Shown here: in pieces, positions 24,310 through 33,410 of the stretch
How positions within the stretch are numbered: the first letter of the stretch is position 1
Layout: the number at the start of each line of letters is the position of its first letter
Assembly: GCA_015222165.1 (NCBI GenBank)
Contig: JADFUS010000004.1
Location: 396 to 64,395, forward strand
Direction: 5' to 3'
Source of the DNA: Bacteroidota bacterium
GTDB taxonomy: Bacteria; Bacteroidota; Bacteroidia; Bacteroidales; Rikenellaceae
Length of the DNA stretch: 64,000 bases
Notes under the pieces: model-generated
The model's input: the letters and a program-made list of their open reading frames with translations, nothing else
What the model was told of the DNA's origin: nothing
Databases searched by the model: none
Position numbers and translations under genes: made by a program

Positions 24310-26397
24310 TTAGTAATTTAAGAGAACATCATCAATTTTTAAGATGCTTCCAGTGTGGGTATTCCAGCCATTTCCTCCGTCGGCAAGGTCTATTTCTATT
24401 TTTCTGTGTTCCACTTTATTGTCAGCTTTATTCGAAGAGTAGAAGTATATGCCAAGAGAAGTAGCTTTCATATTTTTTATAGTATATTCAATAGGAACAG
24501 TCTCTAGTGTATATTCGTTTATGCTATTTGGACTTATATGTTTTGCTTCGCCAATAACTGTTTCCCCACTTTTTACAATAACACCCATATCATAAGAGTC
24601 GCTACCGTAAGGAGAATATTTATACCAATAGCTTACAGAAGTTGGTCGTGAGTTAAAGTTATGCCCCATATTTGTAACGTCATTATCTCTTTTATCCTTT
24701 TTAAGGTAGTTTCCGATAAATAATTTACCTCTATTCTTACCTTTTTCATATGTAATGTCTACAGTATTTCCCATAATAGCATTTGTAGTCCTTATTTCAG
24801 CAGCTTTATTTCCGCTATGTTTATCGTATGTATATGATACAGCTGAGAAAGAATTATATCCATAAACAATATCCCATTGTCGATTATCTGTTGTTCTTGA
24901 GTTGTTTGTATCCCACCATTTATCAGATTCTCCTGATTTCCAAGATTCGTAATAGTATAAATAAAAAGATTTAAAGCACCATCCAATTTTCACTTTATTA
25001 TTTTTCCACTCTTCCATATTTCCATTTTTCACCTGAGAGGCATTCTCTGTTTTTACAGATAATTTAGAAGTAGAAAGATTTTTAATAGCTTCTTTATCTC
25101 CTTCAATTCTTATGTTATATGCTGTGTTTGGTAAAAGATCGTTGACTATTATTTTTCCATTTTTTAAAGAAAAATTATCCCAAATATTATCATTAATAAA
25201 TAATTTTATAGAAGAAAAATCATTTATATCTCCATTTGTTTCAAGAGTTAAACAATCTATTTTCTTTGCCCATATTTCAGATTTATCGCTTGATAATTCA
25301 GAAAAATTAAGTGTTAGTTTATCTTTTTTAATATTAAGATTTGAAGAAACTTCATTTTGAAATTTATCTATTACTTTTATAGTTACACAAGAAATCCCAA
25401 GAGGAGCTTGTTTTATGAAGTCATTAAAAGAGATGACACCTTTTTTAGTGTCAAAAATATCATCATTCCAGCTAATACCTTTATCTCTAAGATTATTTTC
25501 GCCCTTTAGCGATATATTATCTTCTCTATCGTCAAAAGTAAGAGTTATATCTTCAATTTCAAAAGGACTTTCAACATCAAAATTTATCTCTGTAGGAAAA
25601 TATGTTTCCACAAAATCTAAGCTTTTTGTTTCCGCTATTTTTGGTTTCGGAATCCATTCATTAGGTATAGTTGTCGAGATACTGACGGTTTCAATACTTC
25701 TATCAACATCAATAGTAATTTTTTGTTCTTTACCTTTAATGCTAAGATTATATTTGAATATTTGGTTACCAGAACTATTTAAAGTTCCAAGAATTTTAGT
25801 TGTTGTAAGTCCACTTTTTATTCCTTCAAAAACAATATTTGTAAGAGTGTTTCTTTTGAAAAAGGCTCTATTATAATTTTCTTTAGAGGCGAAATTAAGA
25901 TTTTCGTTATTATTAGAAATTGTAACTTTATAGCTATCAAAATACTCTGTAAGTTCAGAGGAGTAAATTATTTCTACAGCAGAATTTGCTAGGGAACAAA
26001 TAATATTTGATTTTGTAATATTATATTTCTTAATATTTATATTTTCAGTTCCTTCCCAATATGGGGTAGTGCCGACGTTTTGTTCTTCTCCGAAAAATGT
26101 TCTTAATTTATAAGTTCCTTCATCAAGTTTTATTTTTAATATTGAAGAAGTTGCTTTTTCTTTATAAGCTATCTCTTCATTATTATTTTTTAACTCTATA
26201 ATTAAATCTGTTATCAAGGGAACCTTAAATTTTGATGATGCTTTTGAGATTATAACATCGCTATTTAATTTGGGTTTAGATATATTAAGATTTATTTCTC
26301 CTGTTTCTTTATTGTCTTGAATATTTGTTTTTTCGCAACTAGCCATAAGGCTAATAGATATGAAAAATACTAAAAATTTTAAGTCTTTTATTGTCAT
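24310..26397 (-). CDS. multidomain surface lipoprotein: DUF4493-like, Ig/Fn3-like and PCMD-like C-terminal domains
   Basis: Lipobox LMASC followed by EKT. The N-terminal module reads LDEGTYKL...PYWEG...CSLANSAVEIIY...FDSYKVTI. An Fn3-like LLPNTAYNIRIEG follows. The C-terminal WWDTNN, NFNSRPTSVSYWYKYSP and ILKIDDVLLNY resemble the PCMD (putative carbohydrate metabolism) domain. Confidence 0.65.
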   Translation of the reverse strand: MTIKDLKFLVFFISISLMASCEKTNIQDNKETGEINLNISKPKLNSDVIISKASSKFKVPLITDLIIELKNNNEEIAYKEKATSSILKIKLDEGTYKLRTFFGEEQNVGTTPYWEGTENINIKKYNITKSNIICSLANSAVEIIYSSELTEYFDSYKVTISNNNENLNFASKENYNRAFFKRNTLTNIVFEGIKSGLTTTKILGTLNSSGNQIFKYNLSIKGKEQKITIDVDRSIETVSISTTIPNEWIPKPKIAETKSLDFVETYFPTEINFDVESPFEIEDITLTFDDREDNISLKGENNLRDKGISWNDDIFDTKKGVISFNDFIKQAPLGISCVTIKVIDKFQNEVSSNLNIKKDKLTLNFSELSSDKSEIWAKKIDCLTLETNGDINDFSSIKLFINDNIWDNFSLKNGKIIVNDLLPNTAYNIRIEGDKEAIKNLSTSKLSVKTENASQVKNGNMEEWKNNKVKIGWCFKSFYLYYYESWKSGESDKWWDTNNSRTTDNRQWDIVYGYNSFSAVSYTYDKHSGNKAAEIRTTNAIMGNTVDITYEKGKNRGKLFIGNYLKKDKRDNDVTNMGHNFNSRPTSVSYWYKYSPYGSDSYDMGVIVKSGETVIGEAKHISPNSINEYTLETVPIEYTIKNMKATSLGIYFYSSNKADNKVEHRKIEIDLADGGNGWNTHTGSILKIDDVLLNY

Positions 26398-26533
26398 TTT
26401 ATGATATTATGAATTGCAATAATAGGTAAAAAAAACTTTTTGTGCAAAAAAATATGCTAATTTTATTTTAAAGGATAAAATATTGAATATCAATATAATA
26501 CTAATGGTTTAATATTAATATTGATTATAAGAA

Positions 26534-26568
26534 AAAACACGCTTTTTAATTAAAAAAAGCGTGTTTTG
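26534..26568 (-). terminator. terminator after Gate-domain transporter gene
   Basis: AACACGC/GCGTGTT core extended by A/T runs on both sides. Confidence 0.75.
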
Positions 26569-26588
26569 TAGAATATTTAGTTATTGAT

Positions 26589-27728
26589 TTAAAAAAGATA
26601 TGTAAATGCAAGATATGCAAAATGGGCAACCATACCAGCAACAAGACCGCCGATAGTGTGAGACATAATTGCTTTAGATGTAAGATTTCTGAAACCAAGA
26701 GAATCAAGCATCGCAGTGTGAGTACTAAGAAAACCACTCCAACACATTCCCATTGCAGTAAATACGGCAACAGCATTTCCATCAATAATGCCTTCGCTAA
26801 TAAAGCGAGGAACAAGACCAAGAGCTGCTCCAACTGCACCAAGTGCTGTGATAGGGAAAGCTACAAGTTCAGGATTATGAAATCCAAAGAACCATTCAAA
26901 GATAAAATCTATTTTTCCAGCAAGCCAAGGAAGAGCTTTAACGCCTTCATAAGCTGCACCAGTATATTCTCCATTAGCCGAAGGACCAAAAGTGAACATC
27001 ATAACTATAGTAGAAATTATTAATACTCCTGGGATTATTGCAAGACCAAGATCAACTCCCGATTTTCCACCGTCAAGAAGAGAGTTTAAAACACGAATGA
27101 AAGTTCCTTGTTCGGATTTGAATGAAATTTGTTCTTCATCTCCACCCACAACATCTTCATCTTTATATTCTGGATATGCTTTTAAAATTGAGTGTTGCAT
27201 TATTCGAGTTGAAACGATACTACCTGCGATAGAACCTAAAAACCCAACTAATGCTGCAGAAGCGTAACCTTGACCCGCCATAAAAACTATTACGACAAGA
27301 CCCATACCAAATGATGTTCCAAAATTTGTTAAGGATATTAGTTGATATTTTTTAAAATACTTACTAAAATTTTTATCGTTAGCTAAACTTATAATAGCTG
27401 GATTATCAGATAAAAATGTTAGTACTCCTCCTAAAGCTGCAACACCTGGCAGATTAAATAGAGGTTTCATCAAAGGTTTTAGAATAGTTTCTAAAAGACG
27501 AACAACACCAAATTCAATAAGTAATTTCCCTAAAGCTCCAGAAATCACAGTAATAGCCATGATGTAAAATACTGTTTCTAACAGTAAATGATAGCCAGTT
27601 TGCATTAATGTATTTAGCATATTAGGAACGCCCATAACGTATCCTAAATACCCAAAAAAGCAAGAAAGCACAATTAAGAAGACAATCGCCTCGATGCTTC
27701 TTTTTGTTACAAAGTTAAGTCCTTTCAT
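26589..27728 (-). CDS. nucleoside-recognition (Gate) domain inner-membrane transporter, YjiH-like
   Basis: Polytopic membrane protein. The FLSDNPAIISL block is typical of Gate-domain proteins. Confidence 0.6.
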   Translation of the reverse strand: MKGLNFVTKRSIEAIVFLIVLSCFFGYLGYVMGVPNMLNTLMQTGYHLLLETVFYIMAITVISGALGKLLIEFGVVRLLETILKPLMKPLFNLPGVAALGGVLTFLSDNPAIISLANDKNFSKYFKKYQLISLTNFGTSFGMGLVVIVFMAGQGYASAALVGFLGSIAGSIVSTRIMQHSILKAYPEYKDEDVVGGDEEQISFKSEQGTFIRVLNSLLDGGKSGVDLGLAIIPGVLIISTIVMMFTFGPSANGEYTGAAYEGVKALPWLAGKIDFIFEWFFGFHNPELVAFPITALGAVGAALGLVPRFISEGIIDGNAVAVFTAMGMCWSGFLSTHTAMLDSLGFRNLTSKAIMSHTIGGLVAGMVAHFAYLAFTYLF

Positions 27729-27756
27729 TAGTATTATTAATAATTATTTTATTGTT

Positions 27757-28806
27757 TTATTTTCTGTCAATTATTTTCATTTTCCACTTAATACCAAAAT
27801 TAATTGTTTGAGGTATTGGGTCTCCGTTATTTGAGGTGTATACAGCATGAATACGTAGATCTTTGTTTTTAAGAAGATAATATTCGACCCCTGCTCCCCA
27901 GAATCCATTTTCCGTGCCAGGACGTACCCATTTGTCGTAAGCGTAATCGTTTGTAGTATTTAAATTTTCGTCGCTAACAGTTTTAAAGTCCTGAGCTTTA
28001 TTTAGGTCATAACCACCTTTTACGAAAACAGTAACTTTATCGTTTATGTTATATTTTAATTGAGAGATAATAGAAAAGTCTGCGAAGAATTTCTCTGTGC
28101 TTCCAGCTCTATTCATATAATCGAAATCAATAATAAAATCATTGAATAAAAATTGATTACCAAGAGCGATGTAATTTACCCAGTCGCCTTTTTGATACTC
28201 CATCATATTCACAGAGTAAATAGTTTTAAACCAATCTAGATCGCCATACCAAATAGCATTTACAGCATAAGTGTTGTTATATTTATCTATAGAAAAAGGT
28301 GAATTTGTTAATTGAAGTTTCAGAGTGTGTTTTTTGTTTAGTGATGTATATCCTAAAGAGAAGCCCATTTGTTGAGGATTACAAGCATTCCAAAAATTAG
28401 AAGCAAAATAGACATCTATAGGTGCATAATCATATTCAAAACCTCCGATGTAGACAATTTCTTTACCTCCAGAAATAAAGAATCTATTATCTATATTATA
28501 TCTTATGTATGCCCAATCTACTTGATTAAAGTAGTTTTGGTTAGAGTTTGGTCCTTTATACATTCTATATCGCATATCGTAAGAAAATTTATCATTTATT
28601 TTCCCACTTAGTAATAAATTTAGGTAAGCACCGCTAAATCCACCTTCGTTTTCACTCCCTTTTAATGAAGTATATTGACCATCAAAACGAGTATCAAATT
28701 TAAATGATACTTTCTGATCTTCCTGTTTTTCTGTTTCATTAGCATATATATTTTGATTTGAAATCAAAAATATAGAGAATGCCAATAATAGTACAAATTT
28801 TCTCAT
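27757..28806 (-). CDS. putative outer-membrane beta-barrel porin
   Basis: Signal peptide (ISNQNIYA) and alternating Tyr/Gly/Asn-rich amphipathic strands throughout. It lies directly upstream of the transporter gene. Confidence 0.5.
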   Translation of the reverse strand: MRKFVLLLAFSIFLISNQNIYANETEKQEDQKVSFKFDTRFDGQYTSLKGSENEGGFSGAYLNLLLSGKINDKFSYDMRYRMYKGPNSNQNYFNQVDWAYIRYNIDNRFFISGGKEIVYIGGFEYDYAPIDVYFASNFWNACNPQQMGFSLGYTSLNKKHTLKLQLTNSPFSIDKYNNTYAVNAIWYGDLDWFKTIYSVNMMEYQKGDWVNYIALGNQFLFNDFIIDFDYMNRAGSTEKFFADFSIISQLKYNINDKVTVFVKGGYDLNKAQDFKTVSDENLNTTNDYAYDKWVRPGTENGFWGAGVEYYLLKNKDLRIHAVYTSNNGDPIPQTINFGIKWKMKIIDRK

Positions 28807-28980
28807 GTATTTTTATTTATTATATTTTTTTTGCTTCCTTAAATTCAGCGAACAAAGGTAAAAATTAAAAACTAATAACCAAATAAAAATTTATAAAATT
28901 AATAATTATTATTTTTTTGTGAAAAGTACCTAAAAACAATTAATTTTCAGTAAATGTTTGTAAGCGTAGATGTTTTTGTA

Positions 28981-28988
28981 TAAATTTG
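28981..28988 (+). promoter_or_regulatory. -7 promoter box (TAAATTTG)
   Basis: TAnnTTTG match, 17 nt before ATG 29006. Confidence 0.45.
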
Positions 28989-29005
28989 TCCCAGAATAAT
29001 AAAAT

Positions 29006-29344
29006 ATGAAGAGCAAAGTATCAAAAATAGTTAAGTCACTTTTAGTAGCATTCCTTATATGTTACTATTGTGGATACGTGTCTTCATATCATACGCATAT
29101 TGTAAATGGTGTTAAAATAACTCATGCTCACCCATTTTCAAGTCAAAATAATACTCATGATATATCTACATTTGTTCTTATTGGAGCTATCAATAGTGTA
29201 GTTTTGGTTAGTGGTTTTGTTTTTATATTAAAAGCAGTATTTTCTTTTATTCGTCGTATCTATTTCAATTTTCAATTAGTTTTTTTAAGTTGCTTAGTTA
29301 AATTAAGTATAGGAAGGTCTCCTCCGTGTTCTGTTAATTTTTAG
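29006..29344 (+). CDS. small membrane protein with His cluster
   Basis: 112 aa with 2-3 hydrophobic helices. The YHTHIVNGVKITHAHPF cluster (five His in 17 residues) follows the first TM, and CYYC sits inside that TM. A promoter box lies just upstream. Confidence 0.5.
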   Translation: MKSKVSKIVKSLLVAFLICYYCGYVSSYHTHIVNGVKITHAHPFSSQNNTHDISTFVLIGAINSVVLVSGFVFILKAVFSFIRRIYFNFQLVFLSCLVKLSIGRSPPCSVNF

Positions 29345-29381
29345 AATTACAGATTAATAAAATACACTTAAAAAATAAAAA

Positions 29382-31679
29382 ATGAAAAAAAATATATTTG
29401 GAGCATTTTTAATGTTCCTTATGGCTATTGCTGTCTTTGATGCTCAAGCACGAGAAAAAACAGATGCACATATAACAGGTCATGTTGTAGACGCTACAAC
29501 TCATGAACATATTCCATACGCAACTATCATAATGGAAGGAACAACTTATGGTACAGCAACAGATAATACAGGTCATTACTTGCTGAAAAATCTACCAGTA
29601 GGTAGATATATTTTTGAAGCATCTATGGTGGGTTATTATCCTCAAGAAGTTGAGATTACTGTTCAAAAAGACAAAACTAAAGAGTTGAAATTTGAACTTA
29701 AACAACAGCTTATCCAAATGGAGCAGGTTGTTGTTACGGGGTCTCGAACAAATGCAAATAAGCTTTATTCTCCAACCATAGTGAATGTTGTAGATGCAAA
29801 ATTATTTGAAGCAACAGCATCTTCAAAAGTTTCTCAAGTTCTTAATTTTCAACCAGGTTTACGAGTGGAAAGTACTTGTTCGAATTGTGGATCGTCTTCT
29901 TTACGCATAAATGGTTTGGGTGGTGCTTATTCTCAACTATTATTAGATAGTCGTCCTATATTCAGTGCTTTATCTGGAGTTTATGGTTTGGAACAACTTC
30001 CTGCGGCTATGATTGAAAGAGTAGAGGTTACACGAGGAGGAGGTTCAGCTCTTTTTGGTTCGAGTGCTATTGGAGGGGTTGTTAATATAATTACTAAACA
30101 GCCACAAAGAAATACGGTATCATTATCAAATCAAACTACTATTCTTGAAAATGGAGCTACCGATATTAATACATCAATAAATGGTTCTTTTGTTTCTGAT
30201 GATAATAAAGCTGGAGTTTATATATATGGAATGGTCGGAGATAGAGATTCTTATGATAGAAATAATGATGGTTTTTCAGATATTCCAGAATCAAATAATG
30301 AAACAATAGGATTTAGAGGTAATTATAAATTATCAAAATCTTCAAAACTTACGGCTGAATATCATCACATAAAAGAGTATCGTAGAGGAGGTGATAATCT
30401 TTCTCTTCCACCTCACGAAGCTGAAATAGCAGAAACTTTAACACATAAAATAGATGGAGGAGGGTTGACTTATGATTTCTTTACTCCAGACTACCGTCAT
30501 AAATTAAGCGTATATACATCAGCCCAAAATGTAGATAGAGATAGTTATTATGGTGCTGGAAAAGATCCAAATGCTTATGGTCATACTACCGATATTACAG
30601 TAGTTGCAGGTGCTCAATATTCATATACTTTTAATAAATGTTTATTTCTTCCAGCCGAATTAACTGTAGGTGTAGAATATACAGATGATGATTTGAAAGA
30701 TAAACAGTTAAGTTATGATAGGCATATAGATCAACATACAAATACAGCAGGTTTTTATTTCCAAAATGAATGGAAACACGAAAAGGTAAATATATCTATT
30801 GGAGCACGTGTAGACAAACATAATTTAATGAAAAATGTTGTTTTATCTCCTCGTTTGAATGTACGTTATTCTCCAATAAAAAATATAGGTATTCGTGCAA
30901 GTTATTCAAGTGGATATAGAGCTCCACAAGCTTTTGATGAGGATTTACATATTGGAGCAGTTGGCGGAGAGGTGATGCTTATAGATATAGATCCAAATCT
31001 TCGTCCAGAATATTCTAATAGTTTTAGTACGTCTTTAGATTTATATAAAGATTTTGGAGATAATGTATCTGCAAATTTACTTGTAGAGGGTTTTTATACT
31101 ATGCTTGACGATGTATTCACTCTTGTTGAAGCACCAGACGATGCACAAGGTAATCATCATCAACGACGTGTAAATGCAGAAGATGGAGCTAAGGTTTATG
31201 GTGTGAATTTCGATTTAAAATTAGGTATCACACGTAAATTCTCTGTAGATGCAGGTTTTACAATTCAAAGTTCAAAATATGATACGGCGATAGCTCATTT
31301 TGATAGTGTACCAGCTAAAAGAGATTTTTTACGTACCCCTTCAGATTATGGCTTTTTAACACTAAATTATAATGTTGTTAAACCTTTAATGTTATCGTTG
31401 AGTGGAGTTTATACTGGTAAAATGTTTATTCCTCATGAAGCTACAGATTTTAATTTAGAGAAAATTATTAAAAGTGATGAATTTTTTGATTTAGGATTTA
31501 AAGTAGCTTATGATTTCAAATTAACTAATTCTATAAAATTACAGCTTAATGCAGGTGTTAAAAATATGTTTGATTCGTTCCAAAAAGATTTAGATTTTGG
31601 AGCTTCAAAAGATGCAGGATATATTTATGGTCCTTCAGCACCAAGAAGTTATTTCTTCGGTGTTAAATTTTCAATTTAA
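29382..31679 (+). CDS. TonB-dependent receptor with CarboxypepD_reg N-domain
   Basis: Signal peptide, ITGHVVDATTHEHIPYATI N-domain, a plug with STCSNCGSSSLRINGL, and a C-terminal barrel ending FFGVKFSI. The YRAP...H...DPNL boxes are present. Confidence 0.85.
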   Translation: MKKNIFGAFLMFLMAIAVFDAQAREKTDAHITGHVVDATTHEHIPYATIIMEGTTYGTATDNTGHYLLKNLPVGRYIFEASMVGYYPQEVEITVQKDKTKELKFELKQQLIQMEQVVVTGSRTNANKLYSPTIVNVVDAKLFEATASSKVSQVLNFQPGLRVESTCSNCGSSSLRINGLGGAYSQLLLDSRPIFSALSGVYGLEQLPAAMIERVEVTRGGGSALFGSSAIGGVVNIITKQPQRNTVSLSNQTTILENGATDINTSINGSFVSDDNKAGVYIYGMVGDRDSYDRNNDGFSDIPESNNETIGFRGNYKLSKSSKLTAEYHHIKEYRRGGDNLSLPPHEAEIAETLTHKIDGGGLTYDFFTPDYRHKLSVYTSAQNVDRDSYYGAGKDPNAYGHTTDITVVAGAQYSYTFNKCLFLPAELTVGVEYTDDDLKDKQLSYDRHIDQHTNTAGFYFQNEWKHEKVNISIGARVDKHNLMKNVVLSPRLNVRYSPIKNIGIRASYSSGYRAPQAFDEDLHIGAVGGEVMLIDIDPNLRPEYSNSFSTSLDLYKDFGDNVSANLLVEGFYTMLDDVFTLVEAPDDAQGNHHQRRVNAEDGAKVYGVNFDLKLGITRKFSVDAGFTIQSSKYDTAIAHFDSVPAKRDFLRTPSDYGFLTLNYNVVKPLMLSLSGVYTGKMFIPHEATDFNLEKIIKSDEFFDLGFKVAYDFKLTNSIKLQLNAGVKNMFDSFQKDLDFGASKDAGYIYGPSAPRSYFFGVKFSI

Positions 31680-31701
31680 AAATACAATATTAAACATAAA
31701 A

Positions 31702-31740
31702 GGTATATGATGTATTATCATATACCTTTTTCTTTTTTTA
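31702..31740 (+). terminator. intrinsic terminator
   Basis: 10-bp perfect stem GGTATATGAT/ATCATATACC with a 5-nt loop and a long T-run. Confidence 0.85.
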
Positions 31741-31797
31741 TATCTCGAATATACTGTTAAAACAGCTTTGTTTAATGTGATTCTTATTATAAAGAGT

Positions 31798-31805
31798 TAT
31801 CTTTG
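31798..31805 (+). promoter_or_regulatory. -7 promoter box (TATCTTTG)
   Basis: Exact TAnnTTTG match upstream of the fimbrillin-like gene. Confidence 0.45.
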
Positions 31806-31878
31806 CAAGATTATAATTCTCATACAATATTTAAATATTTATGAGGAAAATAAAAAAGAATAAATAAAACCCAACCCT

Positions 31879-32838
31879 ATGAAAAAAACATTATTATTTG
31901 CCATAATATTGGCAACAGCGACTTTTTTGAGTTGTTCGAAAGATGACAGTTCTATTGATAACTATAAGAAAGAGATTGTATTTAATGCTTATACAAATTC
32001 ATTGTCAAAAGCAGAAGTTGTTACTGACCCTAATTTCTTAGAATTTAATGTTTACAGTTATAAAACTGATGGTGCTTATTCTCCAAGTATTGCTTCAAAT
32101 ATTGATATGGATAATGTAGAATTCTCTAGAGAAAATTCTAAAGAAGATTGGAAACATGAAGGTAATTATTTTTGGCCAACAGAAAGTATTGAAAAACTAC
32201 AATTTTTTGCTTTCTCACCAGTAGATAATGTTTCATACTCTTTTCTTGAAAATTCATATCCAACATTTGAATATAAAATTAACAGTAATGTGTCCGAGCA
32301 AAAAGATCTTGTTGTTTCGAGTTTATTAGATCAAGAACAATCTACAAACGATGGAAAAATTGATCTTTTTTTTAATCATGTTTTGTCGCAAATTAATTTT
32401 TCTTTAAAAGGGGAGAAAGAAGGTTTTGACTATACTGTAACAAAAATAGAGCTTAAAAAGATAAAAAATACGGGAACTTTTACTTTTAATGCTACTTCTG
32501 GAGAGTGGATTGATGGTAGTGGATATGATGATTATGCTTTTAATTTAACAAGTGATAATGTTGTAAATGGTAAAACTCCTATTTCTCTTTCAGGTGTTGA
32601 AAAGACAATGATTCTTATGCCTCAAAAAACTGATAAGGGTGCAAAAATAAAAATCACTTATTCCGTAAAACAGATATCAACAGGAACAGAACTTTTTAAT
32701 GGTTTTCAAGAAAAATACTTATCTTCTATAGTTTGGAAAAAAAACACAAAAACTAATTATAATATAACTCTTCCAGTAGGTTGTAGCGACGATTTAACAT
32801 TCGAGGTTAAAATTTCACCATGGTTTATTAAACGTTAG
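31879..32838 (+). CDS. fimbrillin (Mfa-like_1) family lipoprotein
   Basis: Lipobox FLSC followed by SKDD. The DLVVSS and FNHVLSQINFSLKG blocks are typical of Bacteroidales fimbrillin-like proteins. Confidence 0.65.
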   Translation: MKKTLLFAIILATATFLSCSKDDSSIDNYKKEIVFNAYTNSLSKAEVVTDPNFLEFNVYSYKTDGAYSPSIASNIDMDNVEFSRENSKEDWKHEGNYFWPTESIEKLQFFAFSPVDNVSYSFLENSYPTFEYKINSNVSEQKDLVVSSLLDQEQSTNDGKIDLFFNHVLSQINFSLKGEKEGFDYTVTKIELKKIKNTGTFTFNATSGEWIDGSGYDDYAFNLTSDNVVNGKTPISLSGVEKTMILMPQKTDKGAKIKITYSVKQISTGTELFNGFQEKYLSSIVWKKNTKTNYNITLPVGCSDDLTFEVKISPWFIKR

Positions 32839-32905
32839 TAGATTTGTTTTAATAATAAAATTATACCCTTTTCTTGATATTTTATGGAATAGTATAATTT
32901 TTATA

Positions 32906-32913
32906 TATCTTTG
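32906..32913 (+). promoter_or_regulatory. -7 promoter box (TATCTTTG)
   Basis: Exact match, 29 nt before ATG 32943. Confidence 0.45.
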
Positions 32914-32942
32914 TAGTGTTTATTATAATAAATACAAAAAAA

Positions 32943-33401
32943 ATGGAAGAAAGAATAGAAAAAGCAGTATCTCTATTTAAAGAAGGATATAATTGTTCTC
33001 AGTCAGTAGTTTTAGCTTATGCAGATATGTATGGGTTTACTAAAGATCAATCATTAAGAATGGCATCATCATTTGGTGCAGGAATTGGACGTATGCGAGA
33101 AACTTGTGGTGCGGCTTGTGGAATGTTTTTGTTGGCAGGTCTTGAAACAGGTTCTATAGATCCTAAAGATAATACAGCTAAAAGTAATAATTATAAAGTC
33201 GTTCAAGATATGGCGGCAGAGTTTAAATTACGTAATGGTTCTCTTATTTGTGGAGATTTATTAGGTTTAAATGGCAAGAAAATTGTTATTTCTTCAACTG
33301 CCGAAGAGCGCACACCAGAATATTATAAAAAACGCCCTTGTGTTAAAATGGTAGAAGAGGCAGCTAGAATTTTTGGTGAATATTTAAAAGATTCAAAATA
33401 A
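32943..33401 (+). CDS. C_GCAxxG_C_C family protein
   Basis: YNCSQSV, then ETCGAACGMFL, then later Cys residues, which is the family signature. I prefer ATG 32943 over GTG 32916. Confidence 0.8.
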   Translation: MEERIEKAVSLFKEGYNCSQSVVLAYADMYGFTKDQSLRMASSFGAGIGRMRETCGAACGMFLLAGLETGSIDPKDNTAKSNNYKVVQDMAAEFKLRNGSLICGDLLGLNGKKIVISSTAEERTPEYYKKRPCVKMVEEAARIFGEYLKDSK

Positions 33402-33410
33402 AATAAATTT

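Noticed and set aside
25112-25876. Plus-strand ORFs 25112..25360 and 25415..25876 inside the 695-aa lipoprotein gene
   Set aside because: These are antisense shadow ORFs made possible by AT-rich codon usage. They are Ser/Leu/Phe-rich with no signals of their own.
26480-26524. Palindrome ATATTGA-ATA-TCAATAT plus a third ATATTGA half-site upstream of the lipoprotein operon
   Set aside because: AT-only 7-mers recur by chance in DNA of this composition. There is no regulator gene nearby to pair with them. I note the observation but do not call it.
26546-27267. Three ORFs (26546..26842 minus, 26622..27023 plus, 26992..27267 plus) overlapping the Gate-domain transporter gene
   Set aside because: These are shadow frames inside a well-supported 379-aa membrane protein gene. 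Their composition is Ser/Cys/Arg-rich junk, with no independent promoter or terminator.
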